Of a stretch of DNA of 64,000 bases, positions 36,773 to 46,510 are shown piece by piece. The stretch spans positions 297,569 to 361,568 of the forward strand of contig JBPOHV010000001.1 of assembly GCA_052035175.1 (NCBI GenBank), written 5' to 3'. The translations under genes and the position numbers were made by a program. This stretch comes from a candidate division WWE3 bacterium (GTDB taxonomy: Bacteria > Patescibacteriota > WWE3 > UBA101185 > UBA10185). Positions within the stretch are counted from its first letter, which is position 1, and the number at the start of each line of letters is the position of its first letter. The notes below the pieces were generated by a model. The model was not told the origin of the DNA, ran no database searches, and was given only the letters and a program-made list of their open reading frames with translations.

Positions 36773-37393
36773 ATGAAAATTGACGTTATAGACATAAAAG
36801 GAAAAAAAATAGAACAATTAGACTTAGCCGATGCGGTCTTCAAAATAGTTCCTAATACTACTGCAATCTCACATTATGTACGAGTTTATCTCGCAAACCA
36901 GCGCCAAGGAACTTCTTCAACAAAGACACGAGGCGACGTTTCTGGTGGTGGTAAAAAACCTTGGGCACAAAAAGGTACTGGCAACGCTAGAGCAGGCTCA
37001 ACAAGAAGTCCTGTATGGCGTCATGGCGGTATTTCTCACGGCCCAAAACCTCGAAGTTGGAAATTGTCATTGTCTCAGGCTATAAAAGCTTTGGCCTTGA
37101 AGTCAGCATTGTCTTATAAATTTTCTAATGATGCCGTTTTGGTGGTTGATTCCTTTGATCTTAAATCACCAAAAACCAAAGCTGTTACTCAAATTTTAAC
37201 CGATTTAAATATTTCAGGTAAGTCTCTTATTGTTACAAAAGATTACGATAAAACTCTTTTAATGAGTTCAGCGAATTTACCAAAAGTAAAGATGTCGTTT
37301 CTTGGTACTTTAAATGCCTATGAAGTGTTGAATGCACCAAAAATAATTTTTACAAAAGACGCAGTAGTAGGATTTGAGGAGAAATACAAATGA
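36773..37393 (+). CDS. rplD: 50S ribosomal protein L4
   Basis: RQGT..TKTR..VSGGGKKPW.QKGTG.AR.GS.RSP. Confidence 0.97.
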   Translation: MKIDVIDIKGKKIEQLDLADAVFKIVPNTTAISHYVRVYLANQRQGTSSTKTRGDVSGGGKKPWAQKGTGNARAGSTRSPVWRHGGISHGPKPRSWKLSLSQAIKALALKSALSYKFSNDAVLVVDSFDLKSPKTKAVTQILTDLNISGKSLIVTKDYDKTLLMSSANLPKVKMSFLGTLNAYEVLNAPKIIFTKDAVVGFEEKYK

Positions 37394-37680
37394 TCATATC
37401 TAAGCATATTAAAAAACCAATAGTTACTGAAAAAAGCGTGTCAGCAGCAACTGGAGGTAAATACATTTTTAAAGTAGGTATGACAGCTAATAAGCATCAA
37501 ATAAGACTGGCAGTTGAAAAATTGTTTGATGTAGATGTTTTAAAAATCAATAGCATGGTTATTCCAGGTAAGAAAAGACGCATAAGGGGTAGCAGACAAT
37601 TTACTAAGACACCTATGTGGAAGAAAGTTGTAGTTCAATTAAAATCAGGTCAAAAAATTGATATAGGAGCTACAGAATAA
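37390..37680 (+). CDS. rplW: 50S ribosomal protein L23
   Basis: PIVTEKS, ANKHQI..AVEKLF, WKK. Confidence 0.95.
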   Translation: MIISKHIKKPIVTEKSVSAATGGKYIFKVGMTANKHQIRLAVEKLFDVDVLKINSMVIPGKKRRIRGSRQFTKTPMWKKVVVQLKSGQKIDIGATE

Positions 37681-37681
37681 T

Positions 37682-38506
37682 ATGTTGAGAACTTATAAAC
37701 CTACAACTCCAAGCAGAAGATCAAAGAAGACATTAGTACAAGATGTTTCAAAAGCACGTCCTTTGAAATCATTAATTACACCTTTGAATGGCCCATCTGG
37801 TAGAAGTAATGGTCGTATATCAACTCGCCACAGACAGAGAGGTACAAAGAAATTTTATAGAATTATTGATTTCAAAAGAAATAAACAAAATATACCGGCA
37901 AAAGTAGCTGCTTTGGAATATGATCCAAATAGAAACGTTTCAATTGCGCTTTTACACTATGTAGACGGTGAAAAAAGATATATTTTAGCTCCAGAAGGTT
38001 TAAAAGCAGGTATGACAGTTGTGTCTGGTGCAGCAGTTGAGCCTATTGTAGGTAATACTTTACCTTTAGGTAACATTCCTATGGGTACGTTTGTTCACAA
38101 TATAGAGCTTAATCCAGGTGGTGGTGGCGTAATGGCTCGTTCCGCCGGATCTAGCGCGCAATTATTAGCAAAAGAAGGCAGTTATGTATCGTTGAAATTA
38201 CCAAGCGGCGAATTTAAAAAAGTTTTGGCTACTTGTGTAGCTACAATCGGTGTGTTGGGTAATGAGCAATACAGAAACATAAGACTTGGCAAAGCTGGAA
38301 TTAACAGGTATAAAGGAGTACGACCATCAGTTCGTGGTGTCGCTATGGCGAACCCAAGCGACCACCCACACGCTGGTTCTTACCGAGATAACGGTATTGG
38401 TCAAAAGTATCCAAAATCCCCATGGGGCTGGAATACAAGAGGTGTTAAGACTAGAAAGAGAAATCATACTGGTCACACAATAATTAAAGACAGGAGAAAG
38501 AAATAA
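37682..38506 (+). CDS. rplB: 50S ribosomal protein L2
   Basis: [24 protein letters not shown]. Confidence 0.97.
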   Translation: MLRTYKPTTPSRRSKKTLVQDVSKARPLKSLITPLNGPSGRSNGRISTRHRQRGTKKFYRIIDFKRNKQNIPAKVAALEYDPNRNVSIALLHYVDGEKRYILAPEGLKAGMTVVSGAAVEPIVGNTLPLGNIPMGTFVHNIELNPGGGGVMARSAGSSAQLLAKEGSYVSLKLPSGEFKKVLATCVATIGVLGNEQYRNIRLGKAGINRYKGVRPSVRGVAMANPSDHPHAGSYRDNGIGQKYPKSPWGWNTRGVKTRKRNHTGHTIIKDRRKK

Positions 38507-38775
38507 TGTCTAGATCACTAAAAAAAGGTATATATACTGATGAAAAGTTAATAAAAAAAGTCCAAGTTGCCAAAGATACCAAAGCAACAAAGCCTATAAA
38601 GACTTGGTCACGCCGTTCTACGATTGTGCCAGACATGGTAGGTATCACTTTTGAAGTTCATAACGGTAAAATTCATATACCTGTTTATGTAACTGAATCA
38701 ATGGTAGGTCATAAATTAGGCGAATTTGCTCCTACAAGAGTATTTAGAGGGCATTCGTCAAAGAAATCTGCATAA
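38506..38775 (+). CDS. rpsS: 30S ribosomal protein S19
   Basis: [19 protein letters not shown]. Confidence 0.97.
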   Translation: MSRSLKKGIYTDEKLIKKVQVAKDTKATKPIKTWSRRSTIVPDMVGITFEVHNGKIHIPVYVTESMVGHKLGEFAPTRVFRGHSSKKSA

Positions 38776-38778
38776 CAT

Positions 38779-39141
38779 ATGTTTAAAAAGTCTATAGTAC
38801 AAGCTTCATATACAAATGCTCGAATCTCACCAAAGAAAGTTGCACCAGTTATGGATTTGGTGCGTGGCATGTCTTTGCATCAAGCTAAGTTAAGCTTAGC
38901 CTTTCAACCTTCAAAAGCCGGTCAATTGATTCTCAAAGTATTACGTTCTGCAGAAGCCAATGCTCGAAACAATTTCAAACTTGACGCTTCTAGACTATTT
39001 GTTTCTGAGCTCTGGGTGTCTGGTGGTAAAGTAGCAAAATGGGGACAACCGGTTGCACGTGGTAGATTTAACCCACTTTTAAAAAGATCAAGTCATATAT
39101 ATGTAGGTTTAAATGAGAAATCAAATGGAGGGTCTAATTAA
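38779..39141 (+). CDS. rplV: 50S ribosomal protein L22
   Basis: RISPKK, SAEANA, ARGR...KRSSHI. Confidence 0.95.
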   Translation: MFKKSIVQASYTNARISPKKVAPVMDLVRGMSLHQAKLSLAFQPSKAGQLILKVLRSAEANARNNFKLDASRLFVSELWVSGGKVAKWGQPVARGRFNPLLKRSSHIYVGLNEKSNGGSN

Positions 39142-39770
39142 TGAGTCATAGAATTCACCCATACGGTTTTAGGTTGGGAATAACAAAAGATTGGATATCT
39201 CGCTGGTATGCTGATAAAAAAACTTATCCAGACCTTGTTCTTGAGGATGAGAGAATAAGAAAATTCTTGACCAAAAAACTTGATATGGCAGGGGTAGAGT
39301 CTATCAATATTGAACGTTCTGTCAACTCCGTAGATATTTATATAAGAGTATCAAAACCAGGCGTTGTTATAGGTCGAGACGGTGGTGGTGTAGAAGCTTT
39401 GGAAAAAGAACTAAAGAAAATTACTACCTCAAAGCTCCGAATTACTGCAGAAGCCGTAAAAGTCCGTGAAATAGAAGCACAATTAGTTGCTGATTATATA
39501 GCTAGACAACTTCAAAGACGCGTTAATTTTAGAAAAGCAGCTATGTATGCAGTAGAATCTGCAATGTCAAAAGGTGCAAAAGGTGTAAAAGTACGACTTT
39601 CTGGTGTTTTGGGTGGTGGTAATACAATCGGTCGTACAGAAAAATTTACTAGAGGTGCAGTTCCTTTACAAACACTTAGAGCCAATATTGATTATGCACA
39701 AGTACATTGTCAATTGTTGTATGGTGTAGTTGGTGTTAAAGTCTGGATTTATAAAGGGGAGAATAAATAA
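39141..39770 (+). CDS. rpsC: 30S ribosomal protein S3
   Basis: [26 protein letters not shown]. Confidence 0.97.
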   Translation: MSHRIHPYGFRLGITKDWISRWYADKKTYPDLVLEDERIRKFLTKKLDMAGVESINIERSVNSVDIYIRVSKPGVVIGRDGGGVEALEKELKKITTSKLRITAEAVKVREIEAQLVADYIARQLQRRVNFRKAAMYAVESAMSKGAKGVKVRLSGVLGGGNTIGRTEKFTRGAVPLQTLRANIDYAQVHCQLLYGVVGVKVWIYKGENK

Positions 39771-39772
39771 TT

Positions 39773-40180
39773 ATGTTATTACCTAAAAAAGTAAAATTTA
39801 GAAAGCAGCAACGTGGTAATAACAAAGGTATTGCAGTTCGCGGTAGTTCTATAGCTTTTGGTGAATTCGCACTCAAAGCTATGGATAGATGTCTTATTAC
39901 ATCTCGCCAAATAGAGTCTGCAAGAAAAGCTATTTCTCATCAGACAAAAAGAGGTGGAAGGCTTTGGATTAGAATCTTCCCCGATAAGCCTATTGCAAAG
40001 AAAGCACCTGAAACAAGAATGGGAAGCGGAAAAGCTCCAACAGATCATTATGCAGCTGTTATAAAGCCTGGTAAGATCATATTTGAACTGGCCGGCGTCA
40101 CAGAAGAAACAGCTAGAGCTGCATTTTCTAGAGCTGCTGATAAGTTGCCAGTAAAAACTAGGTTTTTGATTAAAGAATAA
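39773..40180 (+). CDS. rplP: 50S ribosomal protein L16
   Basis: [15 protein letters not shown]. Confidence 0.97.
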   Translation: MLLPKKVKFRKQQRGNNKGIAVRGSSIAFGEFALKAMDRCLITSRQIESARKAISHQTKRGGRLWIRIFPDKPIAKKAPETRMGSGKAPTDHYAAVIKPGKIIFELAGVTEETARAAFSRAADKLPVKTRFLIKE

Positions 40181-40186
40181 AAATAT

Positions 40187-40453
40187 ATGGCAAAAGTAAT
40201 TAAAAATACAGAAAAAATAGAAGCAACGCAAGATCAAAAAAAAGCTTTGAAGACTAATAAAGCTAAAGAAGTTTTGTCAGATAAGTCTATGAGTGATCTA
40301 GTAAAGCTGCTTGACGAAAAAAGATTGGCTTTAGATAAGTTAGTTCTAAACGTTTTGCAAAAGAAAGAAAAAAATGTTAAAAAAGCAGGGTTTTTAAAAA
40401 AAGAAATAGCTAGATTATTGACTGAAGTTAATAAAAGAGGAGAAATGCAATGA
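40187..40453 (+). CDS. rpmC: 50S ribosomal protein L29 with N-terminal extension
   Basis: Position between rplP and rpsQ; KKEIARLLT. Confidence 0.85.
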   Translation: MAKVIKNTEKIEATQDQKKALKTNKAKEVLSDKSMSDLVKLLDEKRLALDKLVLNVLQKKEKNVKKAGFLKKEIARLLTEVNKRGEMQ

Positions 40454-40680
40454 AAAGAGTATTAAAAGGCGTAGTAGTATCTTCAAAAATGAATAAAACC
40501 GTAGCAGTTGAGATTGATTTAACAAAAAGACATAAAGTCTATGGTAAGCTTCTCAAACGCTCTAGAAACCTTTTGGCTCATGACGAGGTAGGGGTAATAG
40601 AAGGAGATACAGTTTTAATCGAAGAATGCGTACCTTTTTCAAAAAGAGTATCGTGGATAGTAAAAGAGAGGGTTAAGTAA
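40450..40680 (+). CDS. rpsQ: 30S ribosomal protein S17
   Basis: GVVVSSKMNKT, AHDE, GDTV.I.EC.P.SK. Confidence 0.96.
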   Translation: MKRVLKGVVVSSKMNKTVAVEIDLTKRHKVYGKLLKRSRNLLAHDEVGVIEGDTVLIEECVPFSKRVSWIVKERVK

Positions 40681-40684
40681 TTAT

Positions 40685-41053
40685 ATGGTTAAAGTAGGAA
40701 CAGTTTTAAAAGTAGCAGATAATTCTGGAGCAAAGACTTTGAAAATAATAGGTATTCCAGGACATTCTGGTAGAAAAACAGCATCTCTAGGAGATATTGT
40801 GACTGTTTCTGTCTACGGAACTTCATCAACAGGCTATGTTAAAGATCATACTGTTATGAAAGCTCTTATCGTTAGAACAAAAAAAGAAGTACGTCGTAAA
40901 GATGGTAGTTATATAAGATTTGACGATAATGCAGGCGTGGTTATGAACAAAGAAAATCAAATGGTGGGTACACGTGTATTCGGACCTGTAGCACGAGAAA
41001 TTAGAGATATGGGTCAGATGAAAATTGCATCACTAGCAAAAGAAGTTTGGTAA
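40685..41053 (+). CDS. rplN: 50S ribosomal protein L14
   Basis: VADNSGAK, IRFDDNA, GTRVFGPVARE. Confidence 0.97.
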   Translation: MVKVGTVLKVADNSGAKTLKIIGIPGHSGRKTASLGDIVTVSVYGTSSTGYVKDHTVMKALIVRTKKEVRRKDGSYIRFDDNAGVVMNKENQMVGTRVFGPVAREIRDMGQMKIASLAKEVW

Positions 41054-41098
41054 AGCATAAGAAAAGCGGAAGGTTTCTATGAAAACTGGAGAACTTAT

Positions 41099-41359
41099 AT
41101 GAAAATAAAAAAAGGCGATAAAGTAAAAATAATAGCAGGCAAAGATAAAGGTAAACTAGGTACAGTTCTCAAAGTACTAGTTGCAGAAGCAAAAGTGGTT
41201 GTTGAAGGTGTTGGTTTGGTCAAACGCCATATCAAACCAGGCGTTGTGTCTAAAGATGGTGGTATTATAAGCATCGAAAAGCCGATTGATGTTTCTAATG
41301 TTATGTACTTTGATGAAAAGTTAAACAGGCCAGTTAGAAATAGATCAAAGTCTGAATAG
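41099..41359 (+). CDS. rplX: 50S ribosomal protein L24 (C-terminally short)
   Basis: KKGDKVKIIAGKDKGK, EKPIDVSNV. Confidence 0.93.
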   Translation: MKIKKGDKVKIIAGKDKGKLGTVLKVLVAEAKVVVEGVGLVKRHIKPGVVSKDGGIISIEKPIDVSNVMYFDEKLNRPVRNRSKSE

Positions 41360-41369
41360 GTTCAAATAT

Positions 41370-41924
41370 ATGGAAAGATTAAAAGAAAAGTATAAAAACG
41401 AAATAACAAAAAAACTACAAAAGGAATTTAATTTGACCAATCTTATTCAAGTTCCAAAAGTAGAGAAATTAAGCATAAATGTAGGTATTGGTAGTTTTAG
41501 AGATAATAAAACAGCTGTCGATGCATTTGAGCAAGAACTTACAGCTATTACAGGGCAAAAACCTTATACAAGGACTGCACGCAAATCTGAAGCAGGTTTT
41601 AAAATTAGACGTGGCGACGTAGTGGCCTATGCGGTAACGTTGCGGGGTGATAGAATGTGGGCGTTTCTGGATAAGCTGGTAAATGTAGCATTACCACGAG
41701 TAAGAGACTTTCAAGGGTTGAATCCTAACTCTTTTGATAAGAACGGTAATTACTCGATAGGTATCAAAGAACATGTTATATTTCCTGAAATCAATCCTAA
41801 TACTGTGTATGGTATTAGAAGTATGCAAGTAAACGTTGTTACCAACACAAAAAATGTTGATATGAACAGATACTTACTAAAAGAATTAGGGTTTCCGTTT
41901 AAAGGAATGATGCACAATGGCTAA
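41370..41924 (+). CDS. rplE: 50S ribosomal protein L5
   Basis: [25 protein letters not shown]. Confidence 0.97.
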   Translation: MERLKEKYKNEITKKLQKEFNLTNLIQVPKVEKLSINVGIGSFRDNKTAVDAFEQELTAITGQKPYTRTARKSEAGFKIRRGDVVAYAVTLRGDRMWAFLDKLVNVALPRVRDFQGLNPNSFDKNGNYSIGIKEHVIFPEINPNTVYGIRSMQVNVVTNTKNVDMNRYLLKELGFPFKGMMHNG

Positions 41925-42102
41925 AGTAGCACTTATATTAAAACAAAAGAAAGACAATAAATTTAAGGTTAGAAATTACAACCGATGTCATGTATGTGGC
42001 AGTCCCCGTGGGTTTTTTCGCAGATTTAAAATATGTAGAAAATGTTTTAGAGAAATGGCGCATCTAGGCAAATTACCTGGTGTTATGAAAGCGAGTTGGT
42101 AG
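41917..42102 (+). CDS. rpsZ: 30S ribosomal protein S14 type Z
   Basis: RCHVCG...[16 protein letters not shown]. Confidence 0.96.
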   Translation: MAKVALILKQKKDNKFKVRNYNRCHVCGSPRGFFRRFKICRKCFREMAHLGKLPGVMKASW

Positions 42103-42106
42103 AGAT

Positions 42107-42502
42107 ATGAGTATAGATTTATTATCAAACATGTTAAGTTCGTTGAAAAATGCTGCTATGGCGGGTCGACCAAATATTGAGACACCTTATTCATCGGTGT
42201 GTGAAGCAGTAGCAAAAGTACTCGCTCAAAAAGGATTTTTAACAGAAGTAAAAATCTTTAAGCCTGAGGGAAAACCTTATAAAATGTTAAATTTGGTATT
42301 GGCAAAAGAAGGCAACAAAGCACTAATAACAGATGTTAAGCGTGTTTCCAAACCTGGTAGTAGAGTTTATTCTTCTAGTTACAAGATAAAGACTTTACGT
42401 GGCTACGGTGTTTCCGTGGTTTCTACGTCTAGAGGTATTATCGACGGTTTAGAAGCCAAAAAGAAAAAACTTGGTGGCGAAATTTTATGCGAGGTATTTT
42501 AA
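42107..42502 (+). CDS. rpsH: 30S ribosomal protein S8
   Basis: RVSKPGSRVY, STSRG, GGEILC. Confidence 0.96.
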   Translation: MSIDLLSNMLSSLKNAAMAGRPNIETPYSSVCEAVAKVLAQKGFLTEVKIFKPEGKPYKMLNLVLAKEGNKALITDVKRVSKPGSRVYSSSYKIKTLRGYGVSVVSTSRGIIDGLEAKKKKLGGEILCEVF

Positions 42503-42503
42503 T

Positions 42504-43043
42504 ATGTCACGTATAGGTAAAAACCCAGTAGAAATTCCAACCGGTGTTACAGTTACTATTGATAAAGACCTTATTGTAGTCAAAGGACCAAAAGGTGAAT
42601 TATCTTTATCCAAGATGCCTGTTATTGAAGCTAAAATAGAAGAGAATCGCATAATTTTTAGTACAGAGCCCAAGACCAAACAAATAAATGCCGCTTGGGG
42701 TCTTATGCGAGCTTTAGTTTCTAATATGATCAAAGGTGTCACCGTAGGTTTTGAAAAGAAATTGGAATTAGTTGGTGTCGGTTATCGCGCTGCTCAAAAT
42801 GGCAATGGGTTGACTATGAATATTGGTTATTCTCACCCAGTCAATATTGCCGCTCCAGCTGGAATACAGATTACTGTAGTTGACAATCAAAATATAACTA
42901 TTTCAGGAGCAGATAAGCAACTTGTAGGGCAAGTAGCTGCAGAAATACGCAAAGTTCGTCAACCAGAGCCTTATAAAGGTAAAGGTATCAAGTATTCTAC
43001 TGAAGTAGTACGTAGAAAAGCTGGTAAGTCAGGAAAGGCCTAA
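42504..43043 (+). CDS. rplF: 50S ribosomal protein L6
   Basis: MSRIGK (ATG 42504), GVGYRA, PEPYKGKG. Confidence 0.97.
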   Translation: MSRIGKNPVEIPTGVTVTIDKDLIVVKGPKGELSLSKMPVIEAKIEENRIIFSTEPKTKQINAAWGLMRALVSNMIKGVTVGFEKKLELVGVGYRAAQNGNGLTMNIGYSHPVNIAAPAGIQITVVDNQNITISGADKQLVGQVAAEIRKVRQPEPYKGKGIKYSTEVVRRKAGKSGKA

Positions 43044-43048
43044 TAATT

Positions 43049-43408
43049 ATGTATCATGTAAAAATGCGCAAAGATGCGAGAGAAAAAATAAAATTGAGAA
43101 TAAGACAAAAGATAAGCGGTACTGCAGAAAAGCCTCGTTTATCAGTCTTTAGATCAAACAAATATATATATGCACAACTCATTGACGATGAAGCTATGGT
43201 TACTTTGGTAGATGTTATGAAAGAAGCTTTGTCTATGGATAAGTCACAACCCAAGATGAAACAAGCGTATGAACTTGGTAAGTTATTGGCGCAAAAAGCT
43301 TCTAAGAAAAAACTAACACAAGCGATTTTTGATAGAAATGGTTATAAATATCACGGAAGAGTAAAAATGCTTTGCGAAGGAGCACGTGAGGGAGGATTAA
43401 CACTATGA
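43049..43408 (+). CDS. rplR: 50S ribosomal protein L18
   Basis: PRLSVFRSNK.IYAQ, FDRNGYKYHGRV. Confidence 0.96.
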   Translation: MYHVKMRKDAREKIKLRIRQKISGTAEKPRLSVFRSNKYIYAQLIDDEAMVTLVDVMKEALSMDKSQPKMKQAYELGKLLAQKASKKKLTQAIFDRNGYKYHGRVKMLCEGAREGGLTL

Positions 43409-43854
43409 TGAAAGTACAAAGAGAAGGAGAATTTTTTGAAAAAGTTATCGAAATGTCTCGTGTTTCGAAAAAAACAAGCGGTGGTAATACTTTGAGCTTT
43501 ACTGCATTGATGGTAATTGGAAATAAGAATGGTAAAGTTGGAGTAGGTTATGGTAAAGCTAGAAGTACTGGTAACGCTGTTGCAAAAGCTCGAAGTAATG
43601 CTTATAAAAATATGGTAGACGTTCAACTGAATCAAACAACAATAAAACATGAAGTAGCAGCAAAATACAGAGCTTCAAAAGTATTATTAAAGCCAGCTCC
43701 AGAAGGTTCTGGTGTTATTGCTGGTGGAGCTGTTAGATCTGTAGCTGAAATGGCAGGTATAAGAAATCTATCTGCAAAAATGTTGGGTTCAAGCAATAAA
43801 ATAACTTCATGCAGATGCGTTTTACTTGCTTTAAAGAAATTGAAAGTAAACTAA
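43405..43854 (+). CDS. rpsE: 30S ribosomal protein S5
   Basis: RVSKKTSGG, PAPEGSGVIAGG. Confidence 0.96.
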   Translation: MMKVQREGEFFEKVIEMSRVSKKTSGGNTLSFTALMVIGNKNGKVGVGYGKARSTGNAVAKARSNAYKNMVDVQLNQTTIKHEVAAKYRASKVLLKPAPEGSGVIAGGAVRSVAEMAGIRNLSAKMLGSSNKITSCRCVLLALKKLKVN

Positions 43855-43856
43855 TT

Positions 43857-44309
43857 ATGAACTTACACGAATTACCAAAAATAAAAGGAAACAAGAAGAA
43901 ATCCAAAATAATTGGGCGCGGCCGAGGCAGTGGCGTTGGTGCTCATACAGTTGGAAAAGGCCAAAAAGGCCAAAAGTCACGTGCCAGTAGAGGTGCCCCT
44001 TTTGGCTTTGAGGGAGGTCAAGTTCCTTTGTTTAGAAGATTACCTCAAATTGGTGGTTTTAGAAATCCTAGACCTTTGCGAATAACCAGCGTTAGTTTAG
44101 GGTTTTTCTCAACTTTCGATGAAGGTTTAACAGTTACACCACAATCACTAGTAGATGCAGGTTTTATTGATCGTATACCTTTGCATGGTGTAAAAGTTTT
44201 GGGTACAGGAAAGCTTACAAAGAAATTATCTTTTGAAGGTTTTCTATTTTCTGAAGGTGCAAAAAAGAAAATAATAGCATCCGGTTCCAAAATAGTTGAA
44301 AATCTCTGA
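43857..44309 (+). CDS. rplO: 50S ribosomal protein L15
   Basis: GRGRGSG, GFEGGQVPL.RRLP. Start ATG 43857. Confidence 0.96.
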   Translation: MNLHELPKIKGNKKKSKIIGRGRGSGVGAHTVGKGQKGQKSRASRGAPFGFEGGQVPLFRRLPQIGGFRNPRPLRITSVSLGFFSTFDEGLTVTPQSLVDAGFIDRIPLHGVKVLGTGKLTKKLSFEGFLFSEGAKKKIIASGSKIVENL

Positions 44310-44330
44310 TAAGATAGTTAGTACAATACT

Positions 44331-45587
44331 ATGAAGAGTCTTTTGAAATTTCCTGAACTTAGGAAAAAATTTTTAATTACACTATTATTTATAGTTTTAT
44401 TTCGCGCATTATCGCACGTTCCTATTCCTAGTATTAACACCGAAGCTGTTAAGCAGTTTTTAGGTGAAAATGTATTTTTTGGGTTATTAAACTTATTTAG
44501 TGGTGGCGGCTTTAAAAACTTTTCAATTGTTACTTTGGGTTTGATTCCTTACATTAATGTTTCAATATTCATTCAATTGTTAGTGACATTTATCCCTAGC
44601 TTAGAAGAGTTACAAAAAGAAGGAGAGCAAGGTCGTGAAAAAATTAATATGTACACTAAATTAATAACAGTTCCTGTTGCGTTGTTGCAATCTTATGGGC
44701 TTTATTTTTCATTGAGTAGGATGGGCATTATACAGTCATTGGGAACTTTGGATTTAGTAATATTTTTGCTGACATTGACGGCAGGTTCGATGTCGGTTAT
44801 TTGGTTTGCCGATTTACTGACAGAATATGGCATTGGTAATGGGACATCTGTTATTGTTTTTATAGGTATTGTTGGTAGCATACCAAGCTTTTTATTTAGC
44901 CTGTTTGTAAACTTTAATACATTAAATCTTTTCTTATTCGCCGCTTATATGTTATTTGCACTTTTGGTTGTTTTGGCAGTAGTTTATGTAAATGAAGGTA
45001 CGCGTAATCTAGAAATTGAGTATGGCCGTAGGTCTCAACGATCTACAAAAGTTGCAAACTTTTTACCAATAAAAATTAATCAAACAGGCGTAGTGCCTAT
45101 AATATTTGCTGTATCCATGGTATCTCTGCCTGCGCTTATAGCAGCTCCATTATCTGCATCAGCAAATCCAACGTTGCAGGGTATAGGCTTATTTTTATCA
45201 ACACACTTTAATTTGAATAGCGCTGTTTATAATATCTTATATTTTGCCTTAGTATTCGGATTTACTTTTTTGTATACATTTATTCAATTTAGTCCAAATA
45301 AAATAGCAGAAGATATAAAAAAGAGCGGTGGTTTTATTCCGGGTATACGTCCTGGTATGGCTACTGAAAAATATCTTAAAGGTATAATTTCACGACTCAC
45401 TTTTTATGGAGCATTTTTCTTGGCTTTTGTCGCAATAATGCCATATTTGATTCAAGTAGTTTTTGGATTTGAATCATTTGCTGTTGGTGGTACAAGCCTT
45501 TTGATAGTTGTTTCTGTTATACTTGAAATTGTTAGACAAGTACATTCATTGATTAGAAGTACGAGTTACGATAGATTTATTTCTTAG
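44331..45587 (+). CDS. secY: Preprotein translocase SecY
   Basis: LGLIPYINVSI, GIGNGTS, GVVPIIFA, FIPGIRPG, GGTSLLIVV. Confidence 0.97.
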   Translation: MKSLLKFPELRKKFLITLLFIVLFRALSHVPIPSINTEAVKQFLGENVFFGLLNLFSGGGFKNFSIVTLGLIPYINVSIFIQLLVTFIPSLEELQKEGEQGREKINMYTKLITVPVALLQSYGLYFSLSRMGIIQSLGTLDLVIFLLTLTAGSMSVIWFADLLTEYGIGNGTSVIVFIGIVGSIPSFLFSLFVNFNTLNLFLFAAYMLFALLVVLAVVYVNEGTRNLEIEYGRRSQRSTKVANFLPIKINQTGVVPIIFAVSMVSLPALIAAPLSASANPTLQGIGLFLSTHFNLNSAVYNILYFALVFGFTFLYTFIQFSPNKIAEDIKKSGGFIPGIRPGMATEKYLKGIISRLTFYGAFFLAFVAIMPYLIQVVFGFESFAVGGTSLLIVVSVILEIVRQVHSLIRSTSYDRFIS

Positions 45588-45604
45588 AAGAAAATACAAA
45601 AATA

Positions 45605-45871
45605 ATGTTTGATAAGCTTAAAGATTTAAATAAATTAAGAAAAGCTCAAGCAGAGGTAAAAAAACAGCTTGAAAGTATCTTTACAAACTATGACGATGGT
45701 GAATTCAAGATTGTAATTCGCGGCGATAAGAAAATTGAGCGCATTACTATAGATGGAGATGAATCATCAAAATTGAAAGAAGCTTTGAATAAAGCTTTCA
45801 AAGAACTAGATAAAAAAGTAGAGAAAGCAATGAAGGGTAAATTGGGCGATTTCGGATTTCCTGAATTATGA
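45605..45871 (+). CDS. YbaB/EbfC-family nucleoid-associated protein
   Basis: KAQAEVKKQLE...IVIRGDKKIERITID...EALNKA; size and pattern match the family. Confidence 0.7.
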   Translation: MFDKLKDLNKLRKAQAEVKKQLESIFTNYDDGEFKIVIRGDKKIERITIDGDESSKLKEALNKAFKELDKKVEKAMKGKLGDFGFPEL

Positions 45872-46488
45872 AAATATTATTAATGGGGCCTCCAGCATGC
45901 GGCAAAGGTACTCAAGGCGATTTATTGAGCGTTTTCCTAAAATTGCCATTAATTAAAGTAGGCAATATTTTGCGTAGTATAACTCCTGATGATCCTAGAT
46001 ATATTGTTGTAAATGAAGCCATGGATAAAGGCGATTTGGTGCCTTTAGAAATTGTTGCGGCTATTTTAAAAGAAAGAGTTTTACAACCTGATTGCGATAA
46101 TGGTTATATTATTGATGGCTGGGATCGTCAAATGGGTGATTTACGTGCATTTGATCCACCATTTGATAAAGTTTTATTTTTTAATATTTCTACTGATACC
46201 TCTATCAAGAGGATAACTGCTAGAAGAGTATGTGAAAAAGAGGGTCATAATTATAATCTTGTTTCTATGTTGCCAAAGAAGCCAGGGGTTTGTGATATAG
46301 ATGGTAGTAACTTGATAATTCGTGATGACGATAAAGAAGATGTAGTCATAGAAAGATTGCGTATTTATAAGCAACAAACATTACCAGTAGTTGATTATTT
46401 TAGATCTGCAGGCCTTTTAATAGAAATAGATGCAGAGCCTCTGCCACAAGAAATCTTTGAAGCTACAAAAAAATTGCTAGGTTACTAA
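45868..46488 (+). CDS. adk: Adenylate kinase
   Basis: GPPACGKGTQ, GDLVP, RDDD...RL..Y..QT.P. Confidence 0.92.
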   Translation: MKILLMGPPACGKGTQGDLLSVFLKLPLIKVGNILRSITPDDPRYIVVNEAMDKGDLVPLEIVAAILKERVLQPDCDNGYIIDGWDRQMGDLRAFDPPFDKVLFFNISTDTSIKRITARRVCEKEGHNYNLVSMLPKKPGVCDIDGSNLIIRDDDKEDVVIERLRIYKQQTLPVVDYFRSAGLLIEIDAEPLPQEIFEATKKLLGY

Positions 46489-46510
46489 CGCCGCCGTATA
46501 ATCTAAGTTA

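Noticed and set aside
39779-40237. 152-aa antisense ORF, and the many other 60-120 aa shadow ORFs over core genes
   Set aside because: They overlap well-supported conserved genes, have atypical composition and no motifs, and are expected by chance.
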